Counted from the stretch's first letter, positions 50,391 through 60,213 are shown. The stretch is DNA of 64,000 nucleotides from an uncultured delta proteobacterium (GCA_963814585.1 CAWFDF010000004.1:160001-224000), one strand, 5' to 3'. Translations and numbers: made by a program. Notes: generated by a model from the letters alone, not told the origin.

Positions 50391-51482
50391 TCAGTATTCC
50401 TCGAAGTACTTCTGGATCGCCTTGATGTCGGTGGTCCTGGTGAGCGCCTGCTGCAGCAGCACGCGCGCCTTCGGCGGGTTGAGCTCCAGGGCGGCCACGA
50501 AGCCGAGCTTGTCGTCGTCGAGCTCCACGTTGCGGGCCACGGTGCCGGTGCCCACCCGCGTGCTGCGCACCACCACCACCCCCTTCCTGGCGGCGGCGGC
50601 CAGCGCGTCGATCATGGGCGCGGTGGCGTTCCCGTCGCCGACGCCGGCCAGCACGATCCCCTTGGCCCCGGCGGCCACCGCGGCCTCCACCGGCTCCTTG
50701 CCGACGTTGGCGTGGGCGTAGACGATGGCCACGTTGGGGAGCGCGTCGGGCACGTTCCCGGCGAAGGCGCTGCCGCTGGTGTGCTTCGGCACCGGCGGCG
50801 AGTAGAAGTTGGCCTTGCCGAAGAGCACGATGCCGGCCTTGCCCCGGTTGGGCGAGACGAAGGTCTGCAGCGAGGTGGCGTTGGTCTTGGTGGACTCACG
50901 CGCGTAGTGGATGTCGTCGTTGAGCACGCAGAGGACGCCGCGCCCCCGGGCCGCCTTGTCGATGGCCACGGCGGTGCCGTTGAAGAGGTTCATGGGGCCG
51001 TCGGCGGAGATGGCCGTGGCCGGCCGCATCGAGCCGACCAGCACCACCGGCTTGTCGCCCTTCACCACCAGGTTGAGGAAGTAGCCGGTCTCCTCCATGG
51101 TGTCGGTGCCGTGGGTGATGACGATGCCGTCCACGCCGGCCTGGGCCTGCAGCTCGTTCACGCGGCGCGCCAGCTTGATCCAGACGGCGTCGTTCATGTC
51201 CTGGCTGCCGATGCTGGCGATCTGCTCGCCCTTCACGATGGCCAGCTTCTCCATGCCGGGGACCCCCTTGATGAGGGCGTCCACCGAGAAGCTGCCGGAC
51301 TTGTAGCCGGCCTCCCCCTCCTTGGGCTGGGCGCCGGCGATGGTGCCGCCGGTGGCGAGGATCATCACGCCCGGCCTGGCGGGCGCCGGCGCGGGCTTCG
51401 GGGCCTGGGCGGCGCCGGGAACGGCGGCCAGCGCCAGCGCCACCACCAGCGAGAGTCGGATGCTGCGGTTCGTCGTGCTCAT
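50391..51482 (-). CDS. ansB: Periplasmic type II L-asparaginase
   Basis: Signal peptide, ILATGGTIAG, GSQDM, HGTDTMEET, SADGPMNL and LNP.KAR motifs. Confidence 0.93.
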   Translation of the reverse strand: MSTTNRSIRLSLVVALALAAVPGAAQAPKPAPAPARPGVMILATGGTIAGAQPKEGEAGYKSGSFSVDALIKGVPGMEKLAIVKGEQIASIGSQDMNDAVWIKLARRVNELQAQAGVDGIVITHGTDTMEETGYFLNLVVKGDKPVVLVGSMRPATAISADGPMNLFNGTAVAIDKAARGRGVLCVLNDDIHYARESTKTNATSLQTFVSPNRGKAGIVLFGKANFYSPPVPKHTSGSAFAGNVPDALPNVAIVYAHANVGKEPVEAAVAAGAKGIVLAGVGDGNATAPMIDALAAAARKGVVVVRSTRVGTGTVARNVELDDDKLGFVAALELNPPKARVLLQQALTRTTDIKAIQKYFEEY

Positions 51483-51550
51483 GGGCGTCTCCTCACCTGC
51501 TCCTGGCGCCGCACCCCGGCGCCCTGCGGGTCCAGCGGGTCACGTCGCGG

Positions 51551-53014
51551 TCAGGCCTTGCCCTTCTCCTGGTCGGACTCCTTGAACCACACCTCGTCGT
51601 GCTTCATGGCCTTGGCGCCGGCGATGCCCGGCTTGGTCATCTCGAAGGGGTCGAGGATGGCGTCGAGCTGCGCCTGGGTGAGGACCTGGTCCCGGAGGAT
51701 CAGCTCCCGCACCGGCTTGCCGGAGACGTTGGCCTCCCGGGCGATGCGCGCCGCCGTCTCGTAGCCGACGTGCGGGTTGATGGCGGTGATGACGCCCACG
51801 CTGTTGTCCACGTAGGCCTTCATCCGCTCGGCGTTGGCGGTGAGCCCCTCCACCAGGAACTTCCGGAAGACCACGAAGGCGTTGGTCATGATGCTGATGG
51901 ACTGGAGCAGGTTGAAGACCAGCACCGGCTCCATCACGTTGAGCTCGAACTGGCCGGCCTCGGAGGCGAGGCAGATGGTGTGGTCGTTGCCGATGACCTG
52001 GAAGGCCACCTGGTTCACCACCTCGGCCATGACCGGGTTGACCTTGCCCGGCATGATCGACGACCCGGGCTGCCGGGCCGGCAGGTTGAGCTCGCCCAGG
52101 CCGCAGCGCGGGCCGGAGGCCATCAGCCGCAGGTCGTTGGCGATCTTGGAGAGGTTCATCATGCAGACCTTGAGGGCCGCCGAGACCTCGGTGTAGCTGT
52201 CGGTGTTCTGGGTGGCGTCGACCAGGTCCTCGGCGGTCTTGATGGGGAAGCCCGAGAACTCGGCCAGGTACTTCACCACCGCGGCGATGTAGGCCGGGTC
52301 GGCGTTGAGGCCGGTGCCGACCGCGGTGGCCCCCATGTTGACCTCGGCCAGCTGCTTGCCCACGCCGCGGATCCGCTCCAGGTCGCGGCCGATGACCCGC
52401 CGGTAGGCCCCGAACTCCTGGCCGAGGCGGATGGGCACGGCGTCCTGCAGGTGGGTGCGCCCCATCTTGATGATGCCGTGGAACTCCTTCTCCTTGGCGG
52501 CGAAGGCGTCGTGGAGCCGCTGCAGCTCCGCCAGCAGGGCCTTGCCCAGGTCGAGCGTCGCCAGGTGGATGCCGGTGGGGAAGGCGTCGTTGGTGGACTG
52601 CGCCATGTTGACGTGGCTGTTGGGGCTGATGACGTCGTACTTGCCCTTGGCGTGCCCGAGCAGCTCGAGGGCCCGGTTGGCGATCACCTCGTTGGCGTTC
52701 ATGTTGATGGAGGTGCCGGCGCCGCCCTGGATGGGGTCGACGATGAACTGGGCGTCGAGCTTGCCGGCGATGACGTCGTCGGCCGCCCGGGCGATGGCGT
52801 CGGCCAGCTTCCTGTCGAGGTGGCCGGTGTCGCGGTTGGCCAGCGCGGCGGCCTTCTTGACGATGCCCATGGCCCGGATCAGCGCCGGGTGGAGCGGCAG
52901 GCCGGTGATGGGGAAGTTCTCCGCGCCCCGCAGCGTCTGCACGCCGTAGTAGGCGTCGGCCGGGACCTCGCGGTCGCCGAGGAAGTCGTGCTCGATCCGG
53001 ACGTTGCTGGCCAT
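51551..53014 (-). CDS. aspA: Aspartate ammonia-lyase
   Basis: YYGVQT.R..ENF, QGGAGTS.NMNANEV, QSTND, GRTHLQDAVP and GSSIMPGKVNP motifs. ATG at 53014. Confidence 0.92.
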   Translation of the reverse strand: MASNVRIEHDFLGDREVPADAYYGVQTLRGAENFPITGLPLHPALIRAMGIVKKAAALANRDTGHLDRKLADAIARAADDVIAGKLDAQFIVDPIQGGAGTSINMNANEVIANRALELLGHAKGKYDVISPNSHVNMAQSTNDAFPTGIHLATLDLGKALLAELQRLHDAFAAKEKEFHGIIKMGRTHLQDAVPIRLGQEFGAYRRVIGRDLERIRGVGKQLAEVNMGATAVGTGLNADPAYIAAVVKYLAEFSGFPIKTAEDLVDATQNTDSYTEVSAALKVCMMNLSKIANDLRLMASGPRCGLGELNLPARQPGSSIMPGKVNPVMAEVVNQVAFQVIGNDHTICLASEAGQFELNVMEPVLVFNLLQSISIMTNAFVVFRKFLVEGLTANAERMKAYVDNSVGVITAINPHVGYETAARIAREANVSGKPVRELILRDQVLTQAQLDAILDPFEMTKPGIAGAKAMKHDEVWFKESDQEKGKA

Positions 53015-53052
53015 GGTGCCCTCTCCTTCGTGGCGCCGTCCCCGGCGCGCGG

Positions 53053-54360
53053 TCACATGATGAGCTTGCCGAGGATCAGCCCCGCGGTGACCGAGCCGGC
53101 GGTGGCCGCCAGGCCCGGCAGCATGAAGCTGTGGTTGAGGACCCACTTGCCGATGCGGGTGGTGCCGGTGCGGTCGAAGTTGATGGCGGCCACCAGCGTC
53201 GGGTAGTTGGGGATGAAGAAGTAGCCGTTCACGGCCGGGAACATGCCGGCGAGGGCGCTGGCGGGGAGGCCCAGGCTGACGCCGAGCGGCATCAGCGATC
53301 GCACCGTGGCGGCCTGGCTGTAGAGCAGGATCGACATGACGAAGAGCGCCACCGCGAAGAGCCACGGCCGCTGCGTCACCAGCGCCTGCAGGGGCCCCTG
53401 GATCTGGTCCAGGTTGTTCTTGAAGAAGGTGTCGCCCATCCAGGCGATCCCGAAGATGGCGATGACCGCCTGCACGCCGGCGCGGAAGACCGTGCCGTTG
53501 GCCATCTTCTCGACGCTGGCCTGGCAGGTCATCGCCATGAGGGCGGCGATCGAGAGCATCAGCATCTCGATGGCCTGGGCCATGCCGAGGACGCGCGGCT
53601 CGGGGCCGTCGCGCCAGGTGCGCAGCTCCGGGAAGGTCCCGAGCAGCACCACCAGGACCACGCCGATCAGGAAGAGGACCACCGAGAGCTTGGCGCGCCA
53701 GGTGGCCGGGCCGGCGGCGGCCGCCACCGTGGTGTCGGCCAGCCCCCCGGCCAGCCGCCGCTGGTACTCGGCGTCGTCGGCCAGGTCCTTGCCCAGCCGG
53801 CTGGCCACGATCGCCCCCACGCCACAGCCGATCAGCGTGGCCGGGATGCAGACCGCCAGGATGACGCCGAGCGACGGGGCGCCGGGCAGCAACCCGAGCA
53901 GGGCGACGGTGGCCGCCGAGATGGGGCTGGCGGTGATGGCCTGCTGCGAGGCGATCACCGAGATGGAGAGAGGTCGCTCGGGGCGGACCCCCGACTCGCG
54001 GGCCACCTCGGCGATGACCGGGAGGATGGCGTAGGCCACGTGGCCGGTGCCGGCGAAGAGGGTGAAGACGTAGGCCACCATCGGGGCCACGAAGGTGATG
54101 GCGGAGGGGCGGGTGCGCAGCGCCTTGGTGGCCAGGTGGACCAGGAAGTCCATGCCGCCGGCGGCCTGGAGCCCGGCGGCCGCGGTCACCACCGCGGCGA
54201 TCATCAGCATGACGTCGATGGGTGGGTCGGCCGGCGGCGCCCCGAAGACGAAGACCAGGATGGCGGTGCCGAGCCCGCCCATGATGCCGAGGCCGAGGCC
54301 GCCGAGCCGGGCGCCGACCACGATGGCGCCGAGCACGATGGCGAGCTGTAACCAGAGCAC
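53053..54360 (-). CDS. Anaerobic C4-dicarboxylate transporter, DcuA/DcuB family
   Basis: GARLGG.GLG, GTGHVAY, RPERP, ASQ.AITASPISAA, SQAAT and FDRTGTTRIGK.V.NHSF motifs. Confidence 0.92.
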   Translation of the reverse strand: MLWLQLAIVLGAIVVGARLGGLGLGIMGGLGTAILVFVFGAPPADPPIDVMLMIAAVVTAAAGLQAAGGMDFLVHLATKALRTRPSAITFVAPMVAYVFTLFAGTGHVAYAILPVIAEVARESGVRPERPLSISVIASQQAITASPISAATVALLGLLPGAPSLGVILAVCIPATLIGCGVGAIVASRLGKDLADDAEYQRRLAGGLADTTVAAAAGPATWRAKLSVVLFLIGVVLVVLLGTFPELRTWRDGPEPRVLGMAQAIEMLMLSIAALMAMTCQASVEKMANGTVFRAGVQAVIAIFGIAWMGDTFFKNNLDQIQGPLQALVTQRPWLFAVALFVMSILLYSQAATVRSLMPLGVSLGLPASALAGMFPAVNGYFFIPNYPTLVAAINFDRTGTTRIGKWVLNHSFMLPGLAATAGSVTAGLILGKLIM

Positions 54361-54469
54361 GGTCCCCTCCCGCCGATGACGACGTCCGGGACGCTACTCC
54401 GTCATTCGGGGGATTGGCCGCGGCCCGAAGGGCATGCGACCCCTCGCCGCGACCCGCCCGGGCTCGGGG

Positions 54470-54484
54470 GCAATGGACCTGCCA
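54470..54484 (-). promoter_or_regulatory. Sigma54 (-24/-12) promoter upstream of the dcu-aspA-ansB operon
   Basis: Minus strand TGGCAG-GTCCA-TTGC against consensus TGGCAC-N5-TTGC, about 110 nt before the dcu start and correctly oriented. Confidence 0.6.
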
Positions 54485-54581
54485 CGTGGAGCGGGCGACT
54501 GGCCGGCGCGCCGGCGCCTCCCCGGGTGGATCCGGTCCCAGGCCGGTGCCGTTGCCCAGGCAGCTTGCCCGGGGAGGGTCT

Positions 54582-55661
54582 TCACTCTCCGATCGCGCCC
54601 GGCTCGTGGTCCAGGTCGGCGATCCAGGAGGTGGTCAGCGTGTAGGCGACGGCGAGGACGGCCGGTCCGATGAAGAGCCCCACCACGCCGAAGCCGACCA
54701 GCCCGCCGATGACGCCGGCGAAGATGAGCAGGAGCGGGAGATCGGCCCCCTTCTTGATGAGGATGGGGCGGAGGATGTTGTCGATGGAGACCACGCCGAG
54801 CCCCCAGATCAGCAGGACCGTGCCCCACACGTTCGAGCCGGTGGCGTAGAGCCAGATCACCGACGGCGCCAGCACCAGCAGCGGCCCGAGCTGGGCGATG
54901 CAGAGCACCATCACGATGGCGGTGAGCAGGCCGGCGTGCGGGATCCCCGCCACCGCCAGCCCCACCCCGGCCAGCGTGGTCTGGACCAGGGCCGTGACCA
55001 CCACGCCCAGGGCGACGGCGCGGACGGCCTTCCCGGCCAGCTCCACCGCCCCCTCGCCCCGCGCTCCCGCCAGCCGGCGGAAGAAGCGGCGGAGCCCGGT
55101 GGCCGCTCCCTCGCCGCTGGAGTAGAGCACCCCGGTGATGATGACGGTGAGCAGGAACTGGACGACGGTCCCGCCGAGGCTGCCGGCTCGGTCGACCACC
55201 CAGCGGAAGGCCTCGCGACCGTAGGGCGCCAGCTGGGCGCTGAGCGCGCCGGGCTCCCTGGCCGACAGCTCGAGCCACTTCGCCTCGAGCTTCGGCCCCG
55301 CGAGCGGGACCGCCTTGAGCCACCCGGGGAGATCCGGCAGGGGCCGATCCAGCCCGCCCTTGACCAGCTCGACCATCCGGTCCGAGTTCTCGACCACCGT
55401 CGAGATGGCCAGGTAGATCGGCACCACCAGGAGGAGGAGCAGCAGCAGCACCATCACGGCGGCGGCCGGTCCGCGCCGGCCCCCGAAGCGGCGCTGGAGC
55501 CAGAGCAGGATCGGCCAGGTGGAGACGGCGATCATGGCGGCCCAGACCAGGGCGAGCACGAAGGGGCGCATCACCCAGGCGGTGCCCAGGATCAGGATCG
55601 CCAAGGCGACCACGGCCAGGGTGACGCGGGGAAGGTCCAGCGGGCGCGGAGAGGTGGTCAT
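54582..55661 (-). CDS. AI-2E family transporter (YdiK-like)
   Basis: WAAMIAVSTWP, RAVALGVVVTALVQ, QLGPL, DNILRP.LI and GLFIGP motifs. Confidence 0.88.
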   Translation of the reverse strand: MTTSPRPLDLPRVTLAVVALAILILGTAWVMRPFVLALVWAAMIAVSTWPILLWLQRRFGGRRGPAAAVMVLLLLLLLVVPIYLAISTVVENSDRMVELVKGGLDRPLPDLPGWLKAVPLAGPKLEAKWLELSAREPGALSAQLAPYGREAFRWVVDRAGSLGGTVVQFLLTVIITGVLYSSGEGAATGLRRFFRRLAGARGEGAVELAGKAVRAVALGVVVTALVQTTLAGVGLAVAGIPHAGLLTAIVMVLCIAQLGPLLVLAPSVIWLYATGSNVWGTVLLIWGLGVVSIDNILRPILIKKGADLPLLLIFAGVIGGLVGFGVVGLFIGPAVLAVAYTLTTSWIADLDHEPGAIGE

Positions 55662-55835
55662 GAGCTCGTGGTCCTCGAGGATGGGCACGTCCCGGAAGCC
55701 CGCCCGGACGGACAGGAGCCTGCGGATCTGGCCCCGCATGCTACCCCCGGGAGGGCGGCATTTCCGAGCCGCGGCCGCTCGGGCCCCCAATGGGCGGTCC
55801 CCCCGTCGCGAAGGCGGCGTGGGGGGTCACCGCCC

Positions 55836-56660
55836 TCAGTACTTCTCGGGCACCAGCTTGATCGGGTGGGTCGACTCGGAGTGACGGCCCTTCTTCCGCT
55901 TCGGCAGCTCCACCTTCCTCATCGCCTTGGTCGCGTCCCGGTAGGGGATCCGGGAGAGCAGGTGGTGGATGCAGTTGAGCCGGGCCCGGCGCTTGTCGTC
56001 GGAGCGCACCACGTGCCAGGGGGCCAGCGCGGTGTCGGTGGCGGCGAACATCTCGTCCCGGGCGAGGGTGTAGTCGTCCCAGCGGGTGTAGGACTCGAGG
56101 TCCATGGGCGAGAGCTTCCAGAGCTTGCGCCCGTCGTCGATGCGCGCCTGCAGCCGCCGGGTCTGCTCCTCCATGCTCACCTCGAACCAGTACTTGATGA
56201 GCATGATGCCCGACTCGATCATGGCCTTCTCGACCAGCGGGACCACCTGCAGGAACTTCCGCGCCGCCTCCTCGCTGCAGAAGCCCATGACCCGCTCCAC
56301 GCCGGCGCGGTTGTACCAGCTGCGATCGAAGATCACGATCTCGCCGGCGGCGGGGAAGTGGGCCATGTAGCGCTGCGCGTACATCTGCGACTTCTCGCGC
56401 TCGGTCGGCGCCGGGAGCGCCACCACCCGGAAGACGCGCGGGCTGACCCGCTCGGTGATGGCCTTGATGACGCCGCCCTTGCCGGCGCCGTCGCGCCCCT
56501 CGAAGACCACGCAGACCTTGAGGCCGGTCTTCCTGGCCCACTCCTGGAGCTTGACCAGCTCGACGTGCAGCTTGGCCAGCTCCTTCTCGTAGGCCTTGCG
56601 CTTCAGCGGCCCGGCGCCGGCCTCGGGCCGGCTCTTCTTGCTCGCCTTCGACTCGCCCAT
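55836..56660 (-). CDS. ppk2: Polyphosphate kinase 2 (single domain)
   Basis: FEGRDGAGKGG, P.ERE..Q.Y.QRY, FDRSWYNRAGVE, WKLSPMD and DDKRRARLN motifs. Confidence 0.94.
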   Translation of the reverse strand: MGESKASKKSRPEAGAGPLKRKAYEKELAKLHVELVKLQEWARKTGLKVCVVFEGRDGAGKGGVIKAITERVSPRVFRVVALPAPTEREKSQMYAQRYMAHFPAAGEIVIFDRSWYNRAGVERVMGFCSEEAARKFLQVVPLVEKAMIESGIMLIKYWFEVSMEEQTRRLQARIDDGRKLWKLSPMDLESYTRWDDYTLARDEMFAATDTALAPWHVVRSDDKRRARLNCIHHLLSRIPYRDATKAMRKVELPKRKKGRHSESTHPIKLVPEKY

Positions 56661-56799
56661 CGGGCCTCCCTGGTCCAGGCCTGGATCGGCCCGCCGGCAT
56701 GCTGTCACGTGCTCGAGGCACCGGCCATCCGACCCGTTTGGGTTCGGCGCCGGGGACTTGCCGCCAGGTCCGGGCCGCTCCGCTCGCCGATCGCCCCGC

Positions 56800-57765
56800 T
56801 CAGGGCGTGGCCGCGCGGCCGCCCCAGGTGGCCTGCCCCCACGCCACCGTCTGGCGGGCCGCCTCGTCGCGTGGCGTGGCGATGGCGCCGTGGCGGGCGC
56901 GGAACTTCGCGTCGTCCACCTCGAACGGCTCCTCCCACTGGTAGGCCATCTCGCCGAGCTCGCGGATGATCGGCATGAAGAGGCCGAGCGCCTTGAGGGC
57001 CAGCGGCGGCATCCGCGTCGCCGCGATGGGCCGGCCCAGCGCGGCGGCGTGGCGGTCGATCAGCGCCCGGGTCGGCTCGGCCGGGTGGCAGGGGAGCATG
57101 TAGGTGCCCTCGGCGCCGGAGTCCTGGCCCAGCCTCGCCAGCCCGGCCGCCACGTCCGGGATGAAGTGGTAGGTGTGCCGGGTCTCCAGCGGCACCACCA
57201 TGCTGGCCGACTTGCCCGCCAGCGCCGCCGGCCAGAAGCGGTCGGCGAAGTGGGTGCCGACGCCGCCGGGGCCATAGAAGTCGCTGGCCCGCCCGGTGAC
57301 GGCCCGGACGTCGCCGCGCTGCACCGCCGCCTCCAGCTGCTGGTGCAGGCGGGCCCGGATCTCCCCCTTCCTCGAGCAGGGGTCGAACGGCGTGGCCTCG
57401 TCGAGCTTTCGGCCACCCGGCTTCCCGAGCGCGTAGAGGTTGTCGAGCACCACCAGTCGCGCCCTGGCCTTGCCGGCGGCGGCGACGAGGCCGTCGAGGA
57501 TGGCCGGCAGCTCGGCCTGCCAGGTCCTGGCGAAGTAGGCCACGTTCATGCAGTGGTAGACGGTGGTGGCCCCGCGCGCCGCCTCGGTGGCCGCGGCCGC
57601 GTCGCGGGCGTCGGCCCGGACCGCCTCGACGCCGGGGATGGCGACGGGCGCGTCGGACCGGCGCACCAGCCGGACTCGGTGGCCGGCGGCGGCGAGCTGC
57701 CGGGCGAGGTGTGGACCGACCTGGCCGGCGCCGAAGACGACGTGCAGCTCCTGGGGGGTGGTCAT
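56800..57765 (-). CDS. NAD-dependent epimerase/dehydratase (atypical SDR)
   Basis: HVVFGAGQVG Rossmann motif, DNLYA.G, KG.IR and RASDFYGP. Confidence 0.85.
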   Translation of the reverse strand: MTTPQELHVVFGAGQVGPHLARQLAAAGHRVRLVRRSDAPVAIPGVEAVRADARDAAAATEAARGATTVYHCMNVAYFARTWQAELPAILDGLVAAAGKARARLVVLDNLYALGKPGGRKLDEATPFDPCSRKGEIRARLHQQLEAAVQRGDVRAVTGRASDFYGPGGVGTHFADRFWPAALAGKSASMVVPLETRHTYHFIPDVAAGLARLGQDSGAEGTYMLPCHPAEPTRALIDRHAAALGRPIAATRMPPLALKALGLFMPIIRELGEMAYQWEEPFEVDDAKFRARHGAIATPRDEAARQTVAWGQATWGGRAATP

Positions 57766-57840
57766 TGCCGGAGGATAATGGAGGGCCGGCCGACGCGCCG
57801 CGCCCACCACCGGGCGCCAGTACGGCCCGCCGCCCCCCGC

Positions 57841-59274
57841 TCAGCCGTCGACGGGACGGATCGCCTTCCGCACGCCCGGCAGCTGGGGTGTCCCTTCGCC
57901 TTCTTCGGCCTCTCCGGAGGCGTCGCGCTGGAGCTTCTGCCTCGTCTCCGGCTTCACGCGCGCCCCGAGCTTGACCATGTCGCCGGCCCGCTTGAGGACG
58001 TTGCCCCGCCCGGTGGCCAGCTTGGCCCGGGCGTCGGTGAAGCTCGCCTTGGCCTGGTCGAGGCGACTCCCCACATCGTCGAGGACCTCGACGAACGCGG
58101 CGAGCTTGTCGAGCAGGCCGCCGGCCTCCTCGGCGATCTCCTGGGCGTTGGCGTTCTGCGCCTCCGACCTCCAGACGTGCGCCACCAGCTGCAGCGCGGC
58201 CAGCAACGTGGTGGGCGAGCAGATGGCGACGCCAAGCCGGAACGCCTCCTCGTAGAGCCCCGGCTCCCGGATGAGCGCGGCCTGGAAGGCCCCGTCGTTG
58301 GGGATGAACATGAAGACGATGTCGAGCGTCCGCTGTTCCAGCACGCTCGCGTAGTTCTTGCCCTTCAGCTCCTTGAAGTGCCGGCGAACCGACTCCACGT
58401 GCTCGTCCAGCGCCGTCTCACGGGCCTCCTGTTCGGTCGCACGGGTGACGGCCACGAAGGCCGTCAGGCTGCACTTGGCGTCCACCACGATGGCCCGGTT
58501 TCCCGGGAGGTAGACGAGGCAGTCGGGCCGCTTGCGACCTCCCTCCTCGTCCACGTGATTCACCTGCAGCTGGTAGTCACGACCGGCGGTGAGCCCCGCC
58601 GCCTCCAGCAGCCGCTCCAGCACCAGCTCACCCCAGTCGCCCTGCTGCTTGCTGTCCCGGGTGAGCGCCTTGCTCAGCGCCTCGGCGTCCTGGTGGAGCC
58701 TGGCCTGCGTCTCCTGCATCTTCTTCAGCGACTCCAGCAAGGAGACCCGGTCGCGGTTCTCCTGGTCGTAGGTCTTCTCGACCTTGGCCTCGAACTCGCG
58801 CAGCTTCTCGCTGACCGGCTTGAGCAGCGCCTCCAGCCCCTCACGGCTCCGGTCCAGCATGGCCTTCCCCTTCTCGTCGAGGATCCGGTTGGCCAGCTTC
58901 TCGAGTTCGGCCCGGACCTGCTCCCTGGCCTTCTCCGCCGCGGCGATCCGCTCCACCGCGGCACGCCTCTCGGCGTCGAGCTCGGCCACCGTCCGCGCCA
59001 TCGACGCGCTGAGCTCGAGCACCCGAGCCTGCTCCGCGGCGAGCGAGGCCTGGACGTTCGCAGTCTGGCGGCGAGCCTCGGCGACCTGCTCGACGGCGGC
59101 GCGCTGCTGCTCGCGAAGCACGGCGGTCTGCGGCTCGGCCTCGCGCTCGGCGGCGAGCCGCCCCTGGGCGGTCGCCTCCGCGATCCCGAGCCGGCGCAGG
59201 TGGAGCCCCAGGGCCGCCCCTCCGGCGAGCCCCGCCAGCCCGATCACCATCGCCGCCATCACGCCTCCGTCCAT
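57841..59274 (-). CDS. rmuC: DNA recombination protein RmuC
   Basis: N-terminal TM, coiled coil, LLKPV.E.L..F, QGDWGE.VLE, RPD..V.LP...IVVDAK, FIP and SPTTL motifs. Confidence 0.9.
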   Translation of the reverse strand: MDGGVMAAMVIGLAGLAGGAALGLHLRRLGIAEATAQGRLAAEREAEPQTAVLREQQRAAVEQVAEARRQTANVQASLAAEQARVLELSASMARTVAELDAERRAAVERIAAAEKAREQVRAELEKLANRILDEKGKAMLDRSREGLEALLKPVSEKLREFEAKVEKTYDQENRDRVSLLESLKKMQETQARLHQDAEALSKALTRDSKQQGDWGELVLERLLEAAGLTAGRDYQLQVNHVDEEGGRKRPDCLVYLPGNRAIVVDAKCSLTAFVAVTRATEQEARETALDEHVESVRRHFKELKGKNYASVLEQRTLDIVFMFIPNDGAFQAALIREPGLYEEAFRLGVAICSPTTLLAALQLVAHVWRSEAQNANAQEIAEEAGGLLDKLAAFVEVLDDVGSRLDQAKASFTDARAKLATGRGNVLKRAGDMVKLGARVKPETRQKLQRDASGEAEEGEGTPQLPGVRKAIRPVDG

Positions 59275-59313
59275 TCCCGCTCCTTTCGCGGCTCGCTTGC
59301 GCCTGCCTCCCGC

Positions 59314-59334
59314 ACTCTAGCGGGGGGTCGGACA
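59314..59334 (-). promoter_or_regulatory. RecA-NDp/PafBC-like promoter motif upstream of rmuC
   Basis: Minus strand TGTCCG-ACCCCCCGC-TAGAGT (N9 spacer containing a C6 run), about 40 nt before the rmuC start. Confidence 0.4.
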
Positions 59335-59394
59335 TCCGGCGCCACGGCACCCGAGGCGGCGCGGAAGCCGCGCGGCTCGACCCCCCCGAAATCC

Positions 59395-59412
59395 ACTTTG
59401 GGCGCCCAAAGT
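59395..59412. promoter_or_regulatory. Perfect 18-bp palindrome between the RES gene and rmuC
   Basis: ACTTTGGGCGCCCAAAGT, flanked by a C7 run (59381-59387) and a G7 run (59419-59425). Confidence 0.6.
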
Positions 59413-59442
59413 TGCGAAGGGGGGGCCACGAATGGGTGCTGG

Positions 59443-60213
59443 CTAGACCGCCGGGGTCGGCAGCTTCCCGCCGACGAGGAACGTGGCTCGCGGGAAGTCG
59501 ACCCGCTCGACGGCGGCGATGCCCTGCCGTCGGTACTCGACGTCCTCCTGCGCCGTGACCGTGCATTGCCAGTTCTGCGCCGGGCCGAGCGGCGCCCTGC
59601 CCGCGAACGCGGCGGGCGTGAAGAGGCCGACACCGACCCCTCCCCTCGGGCAGCGCGCCGAGTGGTAGCGCACCGCCTCGATCCCCGCCTGCCGCATCTC
59701 GCCACCGAGCTGCTGCGCGTCGGCGTAGAAGACCTTCGAGGCAAGCCGCGCCCGGTAGGCGTCGAACGGCGCCAGGGTCAGGTCGATGGCCCGGTCGGTG
59801 GCGACGCCAGCGCGAAACACCGTCACCGCGATGGTGCTGGGGAGCAGCGCTGCCTCGGTGCCGGCGAAGAAGACGCGCCGGTAGTACGCGTACTCGGCCT
59901 GCGCCGTCTCCAGCGCCTCGGCGCCGTACCAGAGGCCTCGATCGTGCCGGGAGCCGAAGCGTGAGCCGTGCCGGAGCGGCGGGTAGCGAAACGGCGTGAA
60001 GAGCAGGTGGTGGAGCCCGGCGAACTCGCGCCCCGGCGGCAGCGACGGCTTCGAGTCGTCGAGGAGTTGCTCGAGCAGGTCGTGCTCCGCCGCCGAGTCG
60101 ACCAGCGCTCGGGTCGAAAGGATGTGCTGCCCCTCGACCACCCGCCAGGCCCGGCACTCGAGCCGGGTGGACCTAGTTCTTCCCGCGCATCGCGTCCAGA
60201 TACTGGGTGACAC
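59443..60213 (-). CDS. RES-domain toxin (MbcT/ParT/NatT-like)
   Basis: WRVVE.QH..ST..LVD, LL.TPFRYPP, GSRFG (R), TA.AE (E) and YHSAR (S) motifs. GTG start overlaps the antitoxin 3' end; the start position is uncertain. Confidence 0.85.
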   Translation of the reverse strand: MSPSIWTRCAGRTRSTRLECRAWRVVEGQHILSTRALVDSAAEHDLLEQLLDDSKPSLPPGREFAGLHHLLFTPFRYPPLRHGSRFGSRHDRGLWYGAEALETAQAEYAYYRRVFFAGTEAALLPSTIAVTVFRAGVATDRAIDLTLAPFDAYRARLASKVFYADAQQLGGEMRQAGIEAVRYHSARCPRGGVGVGLFTPAAFAGRAPLGPAQNWQCTVTAQEDVEYRRQGIAAVERVDFPRATFLVGGKLPTPAV

